This document shows positions 51,580-64,000 of a DNA stretch of 64,000 nucleotides, piece by piece. The DNA comes from Felis catus (Eukaryota). Position 1 is the first letter of the stretch, and each line of letters begins with the position of its first letter. The position numbers were made by a program, and so were the translations under genes. Location: the NCBI RefSeq assembly GCF_018350175.1, contig NC_058368.1, forward strand, positions 198,092,001 to 198,156,000, given 5' to 3'. The notes beneath the pieces are model-generated. The model saw nothing but the letters and a program-made list of their open reading frames with translations, was not told the origin of the DNA and searched no databases.

Positions 51580-51649
51580 CAGAAACAAAATCCTCAAACT
51601 TTCCACTCAAAAATATGCCTGCACACCAGAATTCCAAAATACATGCTAA

Positions 51650-52288
51650 GAAAGACGGCCAATAAAATCAACAATTGAAACATGCATTTTCTAAAAAGGA
51701 AATTAATTTTGTAAAACCTGAGGACCTAAATATACATTTAGATGTTCACGCAGAAGTGAAGACACACATGCAAATAGAACAGAAAGAAATGTGTGAAGAA
51801 TAGATGGTTTAAAAATCAGTCACAACTCTTGGAAATATAAAATTTATTTTACCCCAAAGGGTAAAAATTAAAATAAATATATCCATACTGAGGTATATCA
51901 GAGTGAAACTGCAGGATATTAGGAATAAAGACCAAAAAAAGCTGAAGCTTCCAGAGTGAAAAGAGAGATTACTTTAAAAAGAACAGCAATTAGTCTGGAA
52001 CAGTCATTGGTCTGGCAGGAATTTCTTACTGGCAACAATAGATGCTGCTAGAAACTGGAATAATATGTTCAGTATTTTAGGAAAAATGACTATCAACAAG
52101 ACTTTTTATATCCAGATATACTGTCACTCAAGGATAAGGGCAAAAGAGGGCCACCTGGGTGGCTCAGTTGGTCAAGTGTCCAACTTCCGCCCAGGTCGTG
52201 ATCTCACAGTTCATAAGTTCAAGCCCAGCATCGGTCAGCAGAGAACCCCCTCCAGATCTCCGTCCCTCTCTCTCTGCCCTTCCTCCAC

Positions 52289-52337
<49 letters not shown>

Positions 52338-53169
52338 ACTAAATAAACATTAAGAAAAATTTAAGGATAAGGGCAAAACAATAGCGTTTTCTGACATACA
52401 AGACTGAAGGACTTTACCACCCATAGGTCTTTACTGAAAGAATTACTATTGTATCTACTTCAACAAAAGGAAAAGAATATGCATGGAATTAAAGACACAA
52501 CTGTGAACACAGAAATAAATGTTTTTTAAGTTGGTAAATTTGATTAAAAATTGACTTGCAGGGGAGCCTGGGTAGCTCAGTCAGTTGAGTGCCTGACCCT
52601 TGATTTCAGCTCAGGTCATGATCTTACCTTTCATGAGATTGAGTCCCATTGTGTCCATTGAGTCCCATCTGCACTGTCAGCGCAGAGCCTGCTTGGGATT
52701 CTCTCTTTCCCTTTCTCTCTGCCCTTCCCCTGCTCATGCTCTCTTTTTCAAAATAAATAAAAAAATTTTAAAAATTAAAAAAATTGAGGGGCACGTGGAT
52801 GGCTCAGTTGGATAAGCTTCCGACTTCAGCTCAGCTCAGGATCTCACAGTTCGTGAGTTAGAGTCCCAAGTCGGGCTCTTCGCTGTCAGCACAGAGCCCT
52901 CTTCTGACCCTCTGTCCCCCTCTCTCTGCCCCCTCTACTCTCTCTCTCAAAAAATAAATAAACATAAAAACAATTTAAGTCATTCAGATGGCAAATTTAA
53001 AAACAAAGCAAGGAGAGCCTCAGTGGCTCTGTTGGTTAAGCATCTGACTTCAGCCCAGGTCATGATCTCACAGTTCTCAAGTTTGAGCCCCACATCCGGC
53101 TCTGTGCTCAGAGCCTGGAGCCTGTTTGGATTCTGTGTCTTTCTCTCTCTGCCCCTCTCCTGCTTGCAC

Positions 53170-53210
<41 letters not shown>

Positions 53211-53780
53211 ATTAAATAAACATTAAAAAATTAAAAATTAAAGAACTGACATGCAAATGATCATTGTGTGTGTGTGCACGTGTTTAAAATAGGTAAAACT
53301 AAATTTTGACATTATTACAATAGCAGAAAATGTTATAAGAGTAGTTAAAGCATATTCAGATCTATCATTTGTTCAGAAGGATAGAACAAGTTTAGACAAG
53401 CAAGAAAAATTCAAGTCATTTAAAAAACAAACATACTTAAGAATAATCACAAAAACTAAAAATATAGCCAATAACTTCAAAACTCACTGAGGAAAAAAAG
53501 GGAAAGAATAAAGAAACTTTACAATATTCTTTTATTGCGTCTGCATTCTGTTGAATATACAAGTTGAAGACATTTTAAGAGATAACGGAAGAAATAAATT
53601 CAAATACATAGAGTGGCTTCCCTCTCCCACCATTGAGAAAATAGAAGTTATTAGATTGGGTAACAAAAAGCTAAAATCTATTTGCTTTCAAAGGCCATAC
53701 TCTATACAAAGAGTAAAAACTGATACAAAAAGATGAAAAATAAAGGGGTGGAAAAAAATATGTCTTAGGTAAATCTGGAA
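51650..53780 (+). mobile_element. Decayed ancient L1 (ORF1 to start of ORF2) carrying four CAN-SINE insertions
   Basis: A-rich L1 ORF1-like remnants (gtgaaactgcag...aagcttccagag...gcaacaatagatgc...tggaataatatgttc). SINEs at about 52147, 52561, 52788 and 53012. Confidence 0.6.
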
Positions 53781-54141
53781 AGTAATGCTTGCATATACGT
53801 ATACTTTAGGATTATTTTAAAACTTTAAAGTGAAAATGGAAAGCACTTCTGCAATCCCACCCCCATACCACCAATGATGGGTTGATGTATAAAAGAATGC
53901 GTTCTCAAGTTCATCAAAAGGCCCTGCATGCCATTCCCTACATCATACCATGCAAGAATGAAGATAATTTATTCATATTGTCTTTGAATTATTCAGCGTT
54001 CCATAGACTGTTGCCAAATGACAGGGATTTGGGGGGTTACACTGGCAGAGCGCTGGGTTCTGAGAACCTGTCAGTGTGCCACCAGCATCCATTCATTGAG
54101 GAGAACAGCATGCGTGTGGCATCTTAATATTAGGAAGACAA

Positions 54142-54358
54142 GGGGTGCCTGGGTGGTTCAGTTGGGTAAGTATCCGACTTGGGCTCAGGTCATGATCTCG
54201 CGGTCCGTGAGTTTGAGCCCTACATTGGGCTCTGTGCTGACAGCTCAGAGCCTGGAGCCTGCTTCGGATTCCGTGTCTCCCTCTCTCTCTCGGCCTCTTC
54301 CCCGCTCACGTTCTGTCTCTTTCTCTCTCTCAAAAATAAATAAACATTAAAAAAAATA
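54142..54358 (+). mobile_element. CAN-SINE
   Basis: TSD aatattaggaagaca. Confidence 0.92.
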
Positions 54359-55110
54359 ATATTAGGAAGACAAAATTCTTATCCTGAAAACAAATAGTTA
54401 TCGGGCAGTGTTTTGTCTTATAATAGATGTCTTTCCACCAAAGCAGAGCCCGTGATAAAGTCTTGCAGGTATTTTTAAGTACTCACAGGGAGGGGGAGCC
54501 AAGCCAAGAGAAGAAAACAGGAAAGCAGGAAAAGGCCTTATTAGAATGTGTCATCCAGTTGATCAGTTTGGGGCAACTGGTCCTCCATCCTGGGGACTCG
54601 TTAGAAACCTTATGAAATATATCTTAGAGCAGTACTCCTGTAAGGCGACGGGTGAAGCATTTATTCCTTAGCTCCTATCTCCCATTAGTGAAGGGAGACC
54701 CCTAGGGGTAAACTCCCCTACCTTCCTGGGTTGTGCTTGTCCCCATTTACATCCACCTTCAAGGTGATGGAGAAGCCTGAAAGCACAGAAAGTTGCATCT
54801 CATGAAGCTTATAAAAACCCCAGCAGTAAAGTAAACTTTGCATTCTCAGACAAGATATCTTCAAACTGTCTATGCAGCAGATGCAAGGTAACCGAGTAAA
54901 AACAGAGGACCACTTGGATGGATTAGATCATTAGATTATCTACCCAACTTATACACCTAGACTTGGTTGCCCTCTATTCGAATAATGAGAGCCCACAGTA
55001 ACGCACACCCTATCAGTAAACAGAAAAACACAACTTAGGAGGAGGGAGGAAGCTTCAGGTCAGGGGTAGGAAAGGAAAGCAATCAGTGTGGATAGGTTTT
55101 GCCAAAATTA

Positions 55111-55161
55111 CACCTGTTGGGATGAGCACTGAGTGTTGTATGGAAATCAATTTGCCAATAA

Positions 55162-55203
<42 letters not shown>

Positions 55204-55207
55204 AAGA
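55111..55207 (+). mobile_element. Very short felid L1 3' end with (CA)n tail
   Basis: ctgttgggatgagcactgagtgttgtatggaaatcaatttgccaataaa then (CA)n. TSD ttttgccaaaatta. Confidence 0.75.
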
Positions 55208-56811
55208 TTTTGCCAAAATTAAAGTTACTTCAGAACATTCACTTTCTCTTGGCTGATTCTAGATTTGATTGGGATAATGTGCCACCATTCAACACTCAGG
55301 GCCCTCATTATGCAGATTTAGTGCACATCACCCCCAGGAGACTAGCTTTCTCCTGTCTGGTGTATCCATCCTCGCCTTTCATTTAGCTCAGTCACTAAGC
55401 TCTGGTCAAATCGGCTGCAGCAACATTACAGTAGATGTCTTGGTTTCACTCAGTGACAGTGGTAAAAATTATGGTTACTTGGGCAGAAAAAATCCCATTT
55501 AGAGCCTCCTCCCCTAGAAGAGATGGGGTAACTGATAGGCACATAAAAGCATTATGACCTTTCCAGTATTCTTTGGCTTTTCTCTCCGGTTCTTGACATG
55601 GCCAAAGCACACTGATCGTCTGCCCTGGCAGACTGCCCCTACCAGCCCTGAGGGAAGTGTGACTAGAATGAAAGAGTGATGAGTAGTAAATAGGACCGAT
55701 AGCGTAGAAAATATTACTATTGTAATATTTGACGCCAGAATTTCCCCTTGAATTTTCCAAGATTCAATTGGTGCAAAAAGGGGGGAAATCCCTCGAGTCT
55801 GGAAGTGCTGCGGTAGCTTTAGGGAAAAGTGAATTCCTCTGCAGAAAAAAAGAAAGGAATTTATTTGTTTCTCTAGGTGGGGAAAGAGAGGGTGGCATTT
55901 GATTTCAGCTTAGTGATACTGGGCTGCTTCTCCAATGGCCACTGAAGCCTGCTACCTTCCATTTTGGAAATGGAGATGCTAGTAAGTTGATCTAAGCAAT
56001 TAAAATAATATTCCTTTTTTTTTTCTCAACCGGGTAGCACTGGAGAGACCAAAGAACAGAAGAGAGATGAACCAACAAGATGGAGAGAGGCTGAGACCAG
56101 GTAAGATGAAGGTGCGTGAAGTTCAAACTCCTGGTGGGTTAGCTGGGGACCTTCGAGGGACGGTGATGTCTCTAATTTAATTTGCAATCATGCACGCTGC
56201 TTGGTCGTAAATGTGTTCTCCGTCCCCTCCCAACAAACCCAAGATCTTCAGGCATGTCTACCACTCTGTCAAATTGTTTTCTCTTTCCTCTGTGCCTCCT
56301 TAGAAATTTGCTTGTTGCCCTCTTCTGTACTTGTCACATTTTGCCTTGCATTATAGTTATTTACAGTTTGCCTTGTATATCGTTATAGCGTGCTTGTTTC
56401 ATTATCCCTCCCAAAGTGTGAGCAGCTCAGGAGTGGAGACCATTTTGTTCAGCACTGCTTCCCTCGCAGTGCTGTCTGGATCTTGCACGTTCAATAAATG
56501 TGTGTTAAATGGAATAGACCATGCGCATTCAAGAGGGAAGAGGAGATCAGCTTATATTGACACATATCTTCCATGGGCCAAGCTCTGGGCTGGCATGTGA
56601 CATGGGGTAATGTGTGCAATCTCCACGCTGTCCCTTAACTTGGCTGTGTAATGACATTTAACATCACCCTGTCCATGTAAATCCCCAGACAGTGGGGAGG
56701 ACCAGCAGGGGTGTGCTGGAAGCCTGGCCAGAGATTTGTTGCAAAAACTGCCTTGGCTGGTATCATCCTGGAAAGAATTCCATTTCATGAACTTAAAAAT
56801 CATTCTCTCTT

Positions 56812-57025
56812 GGGGCGCCTGGGTGGCGCAGTCGGTTAAGCGTCCGACTTCAGCCAGGTCACGATCTCACGGTCCGTGAGTTCGAGCCCCGCGTCGGGCT
56901 CTGGGCTGATGGCTCAGAGCCTGGAGCCTGTTTCCGATTCTGTGTCTCCCTCTCTCTCTGCCCCTCCCCTGTTCATGCTCTGTCTCTCTCTGTCCCAAAA
57001 ATAAATAAACGTTGAAAAAAAAAAA
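56812..57025 (+). mobile_element. Young CAN-SINE
   Basis: Near-consensus body. TSD aaaaatcattctctc. Confidence 0.95.
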
Positions 57026-57353
57026 TCATTCTCTCGTCAACAAGGAAATCCTTCTCCTTAAAATCAAATCAGAGATGACTAGATACATAAGGGATAGAAC
57101 AAAAGTTCTTTTTCTTTCTGCTTGGAAAAGAATCTTATAGTGAAGTTTAAGTAGAAAAATAGAACCAACTGCGTATAAATTATAAATGCTCTATTTGGAT
57201 AGATGCTTCCCCTCCATTCTTTCTCATCACACTGTGATTTTGTTTATTCTGTTATGCTTATGTTTATATTACTTCTTAGTGCATAGTTTTGAAAACAATA
57301 CCCCGATTAAGTGACTTAAATAAGATTGTATAAATTAGATTACATTAGTTTCT

Positions 57354-57803
57354 TTTTTTTTTTTAATTTGTTACACACTTTTTAAATTTTTTTTTTCAAC
57401 ATTTATTTATTTTTGGGACAGAGAGAGACACAGCATGAACGGGGGAGGGGCAGAGAGAGAGGGAGACACAGATACGGAAACAGGCTCCAGGCTCTGAGCC
57501 ATCAGCCCAGAGCCTGACGCGGGGCTCGAACTCCCGGACCGCGAGATCGTGACCTGGCTGAAGTCGGACGCTTAACCGACTGCGCCACCCAGGAGCCCCT
57601 GTTACACACTTTTTAAATGTTTACTTATTTTTGAGAGAGCGCAAGTGGGGGGAGGGATAGAGGGAGGGGGACAGAGGATCTGAAGCGGGCTCTGCACTGA
57701 CAGCAGGGAGTCCAATGTGGGGCTCAAACTCACAAACCGTGAGATCATGACCTGAGGCAAAGTTGGAAGCTCAACCAACTGAGAAACCCAGGCTAATGAG
57801 CCA
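57354..57803 (-). mobile_element. Young CAN-SINE (about 57385-57599) nested in the tail of an older SINE
   Basis: Inner TSD tgttacacacttttta. Outer TSD acattagtttct. Confidence 0.9.
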
Positions 57804-58873
57804 CATTAGTTTCTAACGAGGAACTTCAGTGTACAATGTCCAGTGGCCCTGACTGGCCAAGACTTGCGGGGTCTTGGACAAGCATTTTAATGTTGAGCAT
57901 TGATTTTCCCATCTCTAAAACGAGGTGGAAAATGATGGAAAATACCGCATCCTAGAGTTGACAAGTGCAGTTTTTCTGGGCTTATCAATGATTCGGTTTT
58001 CCTTCCACGTGACTCCCAGGTGCTGTGGCCTTCAGAACCGCATGTAGTGCCAATAATGCAGAATAACTAGTGATGACAGCCCCTTGCATTAGCGGTATGT
58101 GCCACTGCTCACGTGCTGTCATCACATCTATCATCCCCTGGAGCCTTCACAGCCACCTTGTGGCGCAGCTCTCATTTTGTACGAGTGACAAGTCCGGGCT
58201 CAGAAAGGAGAAGTCACTTGCCCAAAGTCATAAAGCTCCAGGTAAGTGGCAGATCCAGGACTCAAAATCCGAAGTAGAGGCTTTCCCCTAGTTTTTCTCT
58301 TGAACGTATTTAAGAGATCAACAGGCTGGAGGTGAGTCTGGGGGAGGGGAGGTGGGTAATAAAATCTGAGAGACCCTAGAAGGAAAGGGCCCTACGTGAA
58401 GGGCAAATAGATCATAAAGGTAATATTTCAACAACTGATTTCTAGACTTACAGGCTTTGATGTCCACCTAAATGTGCACTTACATCTGATGCTTAAAGGA
58501 GGGGAAAAGAAAAATGAATAAGCATCAGGCAAATGGTCTGTTGGCCCCAGTAAGTACCATTGCCCCAGGACACAATATTCCTTCACAATCCCCCCCTCTT
58601 TTATATATATTCCTTATTCATTATTGAGGTTTACCAGATCTATATACCCTATTAACTTGCTTCCAAAATGAACCAGAACTGAAGAGGACAGAGAAATGTA
58701 GAGAGATGCTGGGCTTAAAAGGCCACTTAGACTGTGGGAAGTATTCAAGTGGAGAGTCTTCAAACCTAAGTTTGAAGTTTAGCTGCAATTTCCATTGGTA
58801 AATGTTCATCTCAAAAGGTATTCACTTTCTAGCTGTGGGATTTTAATGCAAGTTGAGTCCCATCTTAGAATAT

Positions 58874-59064
58874 TGCTGTCCAATGATAGAAACGTCCAGT
58901 AATGTCTGCTTTCCAATTAGATAGCCGCTAGCTACATGTGGCTACTGAGTAGCTAAAATGAGGCTAGTGTGACAAAGAAACTGGAATTTTACTGTTATTT
59001 AATTTTAATTGCTTAAATTTAAATAGTCACATGTGGCCAGTGGCCATGGCATTGGACAGTACAG
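58874..59064. mobile_element. MER3-like hAT-Charlie element
   Basis: gctgtccaat...ctacatgtggctactgag...aatagtcacatgtggccagtggcc...ttggacagtacag with inverted ends. Confidence 0.8.
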
Positions 59065-60664
59065 TTCCAGAATGTATTTGCTGGTGCCAGTCTTCAGTGC
59101 ATGTTTTATAAGCATATTGATATAATGAAAAGAAGATTTATAAAAACAGCTGTTTTCCTGAATGTTTTTGATAACAAGGATTCTTATTTCTCAAATACAG
59201 TAGACACTGAAAATCATGATAAATATGTATTAAAGAGACGATAAGAAAATCTGTGTGCATGTCGTATCTTTCCAAGTTTTATAAAGTCTCAATTCAGTAG
59301 TGGAGGAATACGAATTTTCTACTTTAATTGGCACAAAGCCTTTGGCTCAGGAGAGTTCTAATCTGTATTGATTAGACTAACTACATGGTGATTTGGTAAG
59401 TAAAAAATCAAACTTTGGACTCCTGTAGTTTGGAGCTCAGAAAAATCAATTATTTCTCATGGATAGGTCTTTTCAATTGTTTTCTATTTTTGTATGGGCT
59501 CTTTCTAGACTGTGGAAATTCTCGTATGTGCTATAATACACATTCACTGACATAGCTATCAGAAGCACGTGGGAAACAGAGAGAACAAATGAGTGATAAC
59601 CAATTGTCTGTCCATACAATTCCACAGCGTTTGCGCCTTGCCAGAGTGCTCAGTCCCTGATGAAAACACGTTTGTGAGGTTCCCAGATGATATCCCACGA
59701 CTGTGATAATTGTCACGTGCTTATTTATTTTTCCCTTGAGAAACTGAATGAGTAAAAAAAAAATCACAACTAAACAAAAGCATATCAATAACAGGAAACT
59801 GTTGGTGAGAAATACCCTGATGTTCCTGTAAATTCACGTCACCAGATTCCCCAGGGACAAAGGTGCATGAACTGCATGGGTAAATAATTATGATTTAATA
59901 CAGGGACCTTGCAATGCTGTTTACATAAAACAACAAAAAAGAATTGTTTCTGGAGGGGCAAATAAGCAAATAATAGAAACACATATCAATATAATCAGGA
60001 AGCGGTGATGTTATGTCTAGGTCAGCTACTGAAAACAATTTGTAATCTATCAAAGTATCTCCTTTCAATTGCAAGCAGTGCGAGGTGGTCCCTGAAGAGG
60101 AAGAATCATCCCCAGGGTGATTAGAAATGGTGGACTAAAATGGGATGCCCATCCTGGAAAAGTTCTGGAAAGGTTTCGGCGTCGTGACACCTGTCTGTCT
60201 GCAAGGTTTTCTTCCCGTAGATGATAAGAGAGAGAATGACCGCAGATTCTCCCTCCTTCTTTAAAAGGATTTCCAGCTGGAGAGCAATGTGAGCTTGTGA
60301 GAGTGTGCCAATGGGTGTGTGTGTGTGTCCCAGCTAAGAAAAGAAGTGAGTGGCTGTGCTTCGACGGCTCAACCGTGTTCACATATTTAGGGTCTTTCCT
60401 CTCTTTTTGTTATAAATGATGTCTTTCTTGACAAAAATGGGAAACCCATAATTTTCCACTTTTTCTCAAAATGTAATTACCATAAAAAGCACTGAGGCAT
60501 TTGTCTAGTAGCCTGAAGAGAAACCTAAAGTTGTACTGGAGAGTTTGGCCAGAGGCATGAAGGGAAGGAGCCAGCAGTAGTTGAGAGTCAGACCAGAAGC
60601 CATACCTGAAATCTCTCTGCTCAGGTGATGGGATAAAACTCATTCTCAGGGTCTAAGCAATTTT

Positions 60665-60731
60665 TAAATTTCTTTTCAATTTTTTTAAATGTACTTTGAG
60701 ATAAAGAGGGAGAATGTGAGCAGGGGAGGGC

Positions 60732-60790
<59 letters not shown>

Positions 60791-60919
60791 AATCCCAAGC
60801 AGTCTCCATGCTGTTGGCACAGAGCCTGGCAGAGTGATCAGACCCACAAACCATAAGATCATGACCTGAGCCCAAATGGAAAGTCATACACTTAACTGAC
60901 CTAGGCATCCAGGCAGCCC
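60665..60919 (-). mobile_element. CAN-SINE with (GA)n
   Basis: TSD ctaagcaattttt. Confidence 0.88.
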
Positions 60920-61011
60920 TAAGCAATTTTTCAAATTTACCCAGCTATGCAGCCAAAGGCAACTGCACTTTGATGGACCCCTGCTACCATTTCTCCATTC
61001 TGAAAAGATTC

Positions 61012-61470
61012 TGTGGTCGGCAGAATAATTGACCTCCCAAGATATCCACATGCTCACCTTGGGAATACGTAAATACATTACTTCACGTGACAAGATAGAT
61101 GTTGCAGATGAGATTAAATTGAAGATCTTGAGATGGAGAGATGATTCTGGATTATCAGGATGGGTCCCCTGTAATTATAAGGGTCCTTATCTGTGTCAGC
61201 GGAAGCAGTGAAAAAGATTTGCAGATGCTAGTTTTGAAGATGGAGGAAGGAACCACAAGTCGAGGAATTCAGGTGATTTCTAGATGCTGGAAAAGACAAA
61301 CAGGTTCTCCCTTAGGACCTCCAAAAAAAAAATGCAAAGACCTTGATTTTAGTTCAGTAAGACCCATTTTGGACTTTGGATTTCCAGAACTATAAGATAA
61401 TAAATTTGTGTTGTTTTAAGCTATTAAATCTGTAATAATTTGTCACAGCAGCAATGGGAAATTAATATAG
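61012..61470 (+). mobile_element. MLT1-type (MaLR) solo LTR
   Basis: tgtggtcggcagaataat...gatcttgagatgg...tccagaactataagataataaatttgtgttgttttaagc...cagcagcaatgggaaattaata. Confidence 0.85.
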
Positions 61471-62475
61471 ATCTAAATTGTGCTTTTTTTTGTTCAATGG
61501 CAGTATTAGACCTGTGGAATTATTTCCCAATTTTATAGTTTTAATGTTAGACCATTAGGCTGCACATTGGAATTATTTTGGACCCTGAAAAAACACAGAA
61601 GCCACAGGGTTCCATCCCCAGTAATTTAGATTTAGTAAATCTGGAATGGAAGTGATACACTGGTATTTTACAGAGCTGGCAGATGATTCTTATGGTCAGC
61701 CAAGGACGGGAACACCATTGTTAAAGGATTACCTCCTTCGTATGATCTCTTGGCTGTGTAAGCTCAGGGAATATGCCTTTGGTCAGTACAAATGAAAGGA
61801 TCACTTAGTAAAGTGACCAGGGCAACGAAAAGTTCGTCTAACTTTTTGGTCTTTAATGTTGCATTTGATTTTTGTCGCCAGCTGAACATAGTCACCTCCT
61901 GGGAGTAGACGCCTGGGAGGCAAACTCCATTTCTTCCATTTCCTCTGGGGCTCAGTTTCTACTGAGAAGAAGTCGAGGATGACTTCCCCAGCCAGGACCC
62001 CTCACAGCGGTAGTCTGACAGTTATGTATAAAAGGTGTTGAGTGGCATGGAATATATGGCAAAGATCGTGTCGTGGGATCAGGGAAATGATACTCAGAAA
62101 AGAGCCCACTCTCCCCTGAGAGCTTGTGTATTCCATGAGAGAAAGATGGAACTATGGATTGGATATCCTTGCTGGCCCTGTGTCCAATAAACATCATAGT
62201 GGAAAAGGACTTGAAAGGGACTTGAATGCGTGCCAGACAACTGTACTCTGATCCTTCCTCTGCCACTTAGGTTGATAATACCAGCTCCTCCTCATTGGCT
62301 ATGCGCAATGTGCTGAGTGTTTCGCACAATGACGATCTCATTTAATCATCATACATTTGTATCTTCATTTGGTTGGTTCCGTCTTCAAAGAATGGTGAGA
62401 CTAGTGGTCTTTGAGGATTCCTGGATGTGTCAGTTACAGAAAGGAGCCACAATTTCAGATAATTGAAAACGTACA

Positions 62476-62692
62476 GGGGCGCCTGGGTGGCTCAGTCGGT
62501 TAAGCGTCCGACTTCAGCTCAGGTCATGATCTCACAGTCCTTGAGTTCGAGCCCCGTTTCAGGCTCTGTGCTGACAGCTCAGAGCCTGGAGCCTGCTTCA
62601 GATTCTGTGCCTCCCTCTCTCTCTGCCCCTCCCCTGCTCATGCTCTGTCTCTGTCTCAAAAATAAATAAAAACATTAAAAAATTGAAAAAGA
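62476..62692 (+). mobile_element. CAN-SINE
   Basis: TSD gaaaa(c/t)gtaca. Confidence 0.92.
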
Positions 62693-63004
62693 AGAAAATG
62701 TACATGGTGAGCTCTCCCAGACAGTACAGTTTTTTCTATGCTTTACCATCCTCTGAATTCTATACCAGTCACCATCTGACACCTTATAATAACTGATTTC
62801 TATTGGGTCTTGTAGTTGTTTGGGTGTATGTCCTACCTCCCTGGAGAGGAAGGAGTTGAAGCAGCTGGCCCATGATCCATTTTCTCTCCCCATTACTCGG
62901 TGGGGTGGGGTGCTCCTAGGGCAAGAAAAGAAGGCAGGTGACCTGGTTGAATGTCCTTGTCAACACGATAAATGGACTTCCAGGAAATAGACTCATGGTA
63001 TTTC

Positions 63005-63238
63005 TTTTTTTTTTTTTTTTAATTTTTTTAATGTTTATTTATTTTTGACAGAGAGAGAGAGAGAGACAGAGCATGAGCGGGGAAGGGGCAGAGAGAGAGG
63101 GAGACACAGAATCGAAAGCAGGCTCCAGGTTCTGAGCTGTCAGCACAGGGCCTGACACGAGGCTTAAACTCACAGAGTGCGAGATCATGACCTGAGCCGA
63201 AGTCAGACGCTCAACCGACTGAGTCACCCAGGCTCCCC
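63005..63238 (-). mobile_element. CAN-SINE
   Basis: TSD agactcatggtatttct. Confidence 0.93.
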
Positions 63239-64000
63239 AGACTCATGGTATTTCTAAGGAGGAGAGTCTTCTTCTGTGAATTGCTTTTAACAGGATGTCT
63301 TTGGTTTGCTTAGGGAACATATCTGGTATTTATGGATTATGAAGCGTTGGTCCCTGGAGAGTGTCTTATAAGTGATACAATTTTCTTGGTTTTGAAATGG
63401 AGATACGTCATAACGTCCATACTCCCTGCTATTTAAGGTGATCTATGGCTGTCACTTAGAGACTTTATCTACACTGGCCAGAAAGCACATGTCTAATGTG
63501 GGAGAAAGGACCTGGGGGGGGGGGGCACATGGGATATTCCAGACCTCCTTGTCTTTTGTCTGGGCTTCCTGAATGCTTGTATCCTTGCATTGTTAATAAA
63601 GCTTGACAGTGGGTAAGATGTCTGATTCACGTGAGTTTGATTTGAAAATCCAACCCTTTGTGTTAGCTCACTCTCCTGTTGGACTGGAAGCTCATGGAAG
63701 GCCAGATCTCGGTGGGCATGACAGTGTGTCTTTACAAAGTAGCTGTTCAATAAATACACACAAATCAACATATTGAAGGATTGATGGGTTATAAGAAATC
63801 CAAAAGGGGAAGAGCCAATGGAAAATGTAGGAATATAAATTTATACAAAGAAGTGATGCGTTTTGCCAGTACTGGGACTATTACCGTACCGTTCTCTCTA
63901 CTCTGGGCATAATGTCTCTTAAATGTAAATGTAGCTTATTTCCACATTAAACTCAACATTTTTTGTATGAGTGCAGTGAAAACCGTAAAACGGTGTGGGC

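Overview
Mammalian genomic DNA, felid judging by the abundant SINEC_Fc-type CAN-SINEs. It holds one protein-coding gene, ESM1 (endocan), on the + strand: three coding exons (24767-25067, 28564-28710, 32336-32433; 546 nt, 181 aa), a TATA/ETS/CRE-like promoter and an AU-rich 3'UTR of about 1.4 kb. The rest is intergenic or intronic sequence dense with CAN-SINEs (many with intact target-site duplications, TSDs), L1/L2/MIR fragments, MER DNA transposons, LTRs and microsatellites. I see no evidence of a new gene or multi-gene system; the other listed ORFs look like repeat-derived or chance ORFs. The observations most worth following up are: inverted SINEs bracketing the frame-symmetric exon 2, an F-to-L change in endocan's FPFFQY motif, repeated reuse of SINE insertion sites, an unexplained 41-bp dispersed duplication, and candidate FOX:ETS and ETS:RUNX enhancer motif clusters. 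Repeat boundaries are approximate, and repeat family names and human/mouse comparisons come from memory, not from a search.
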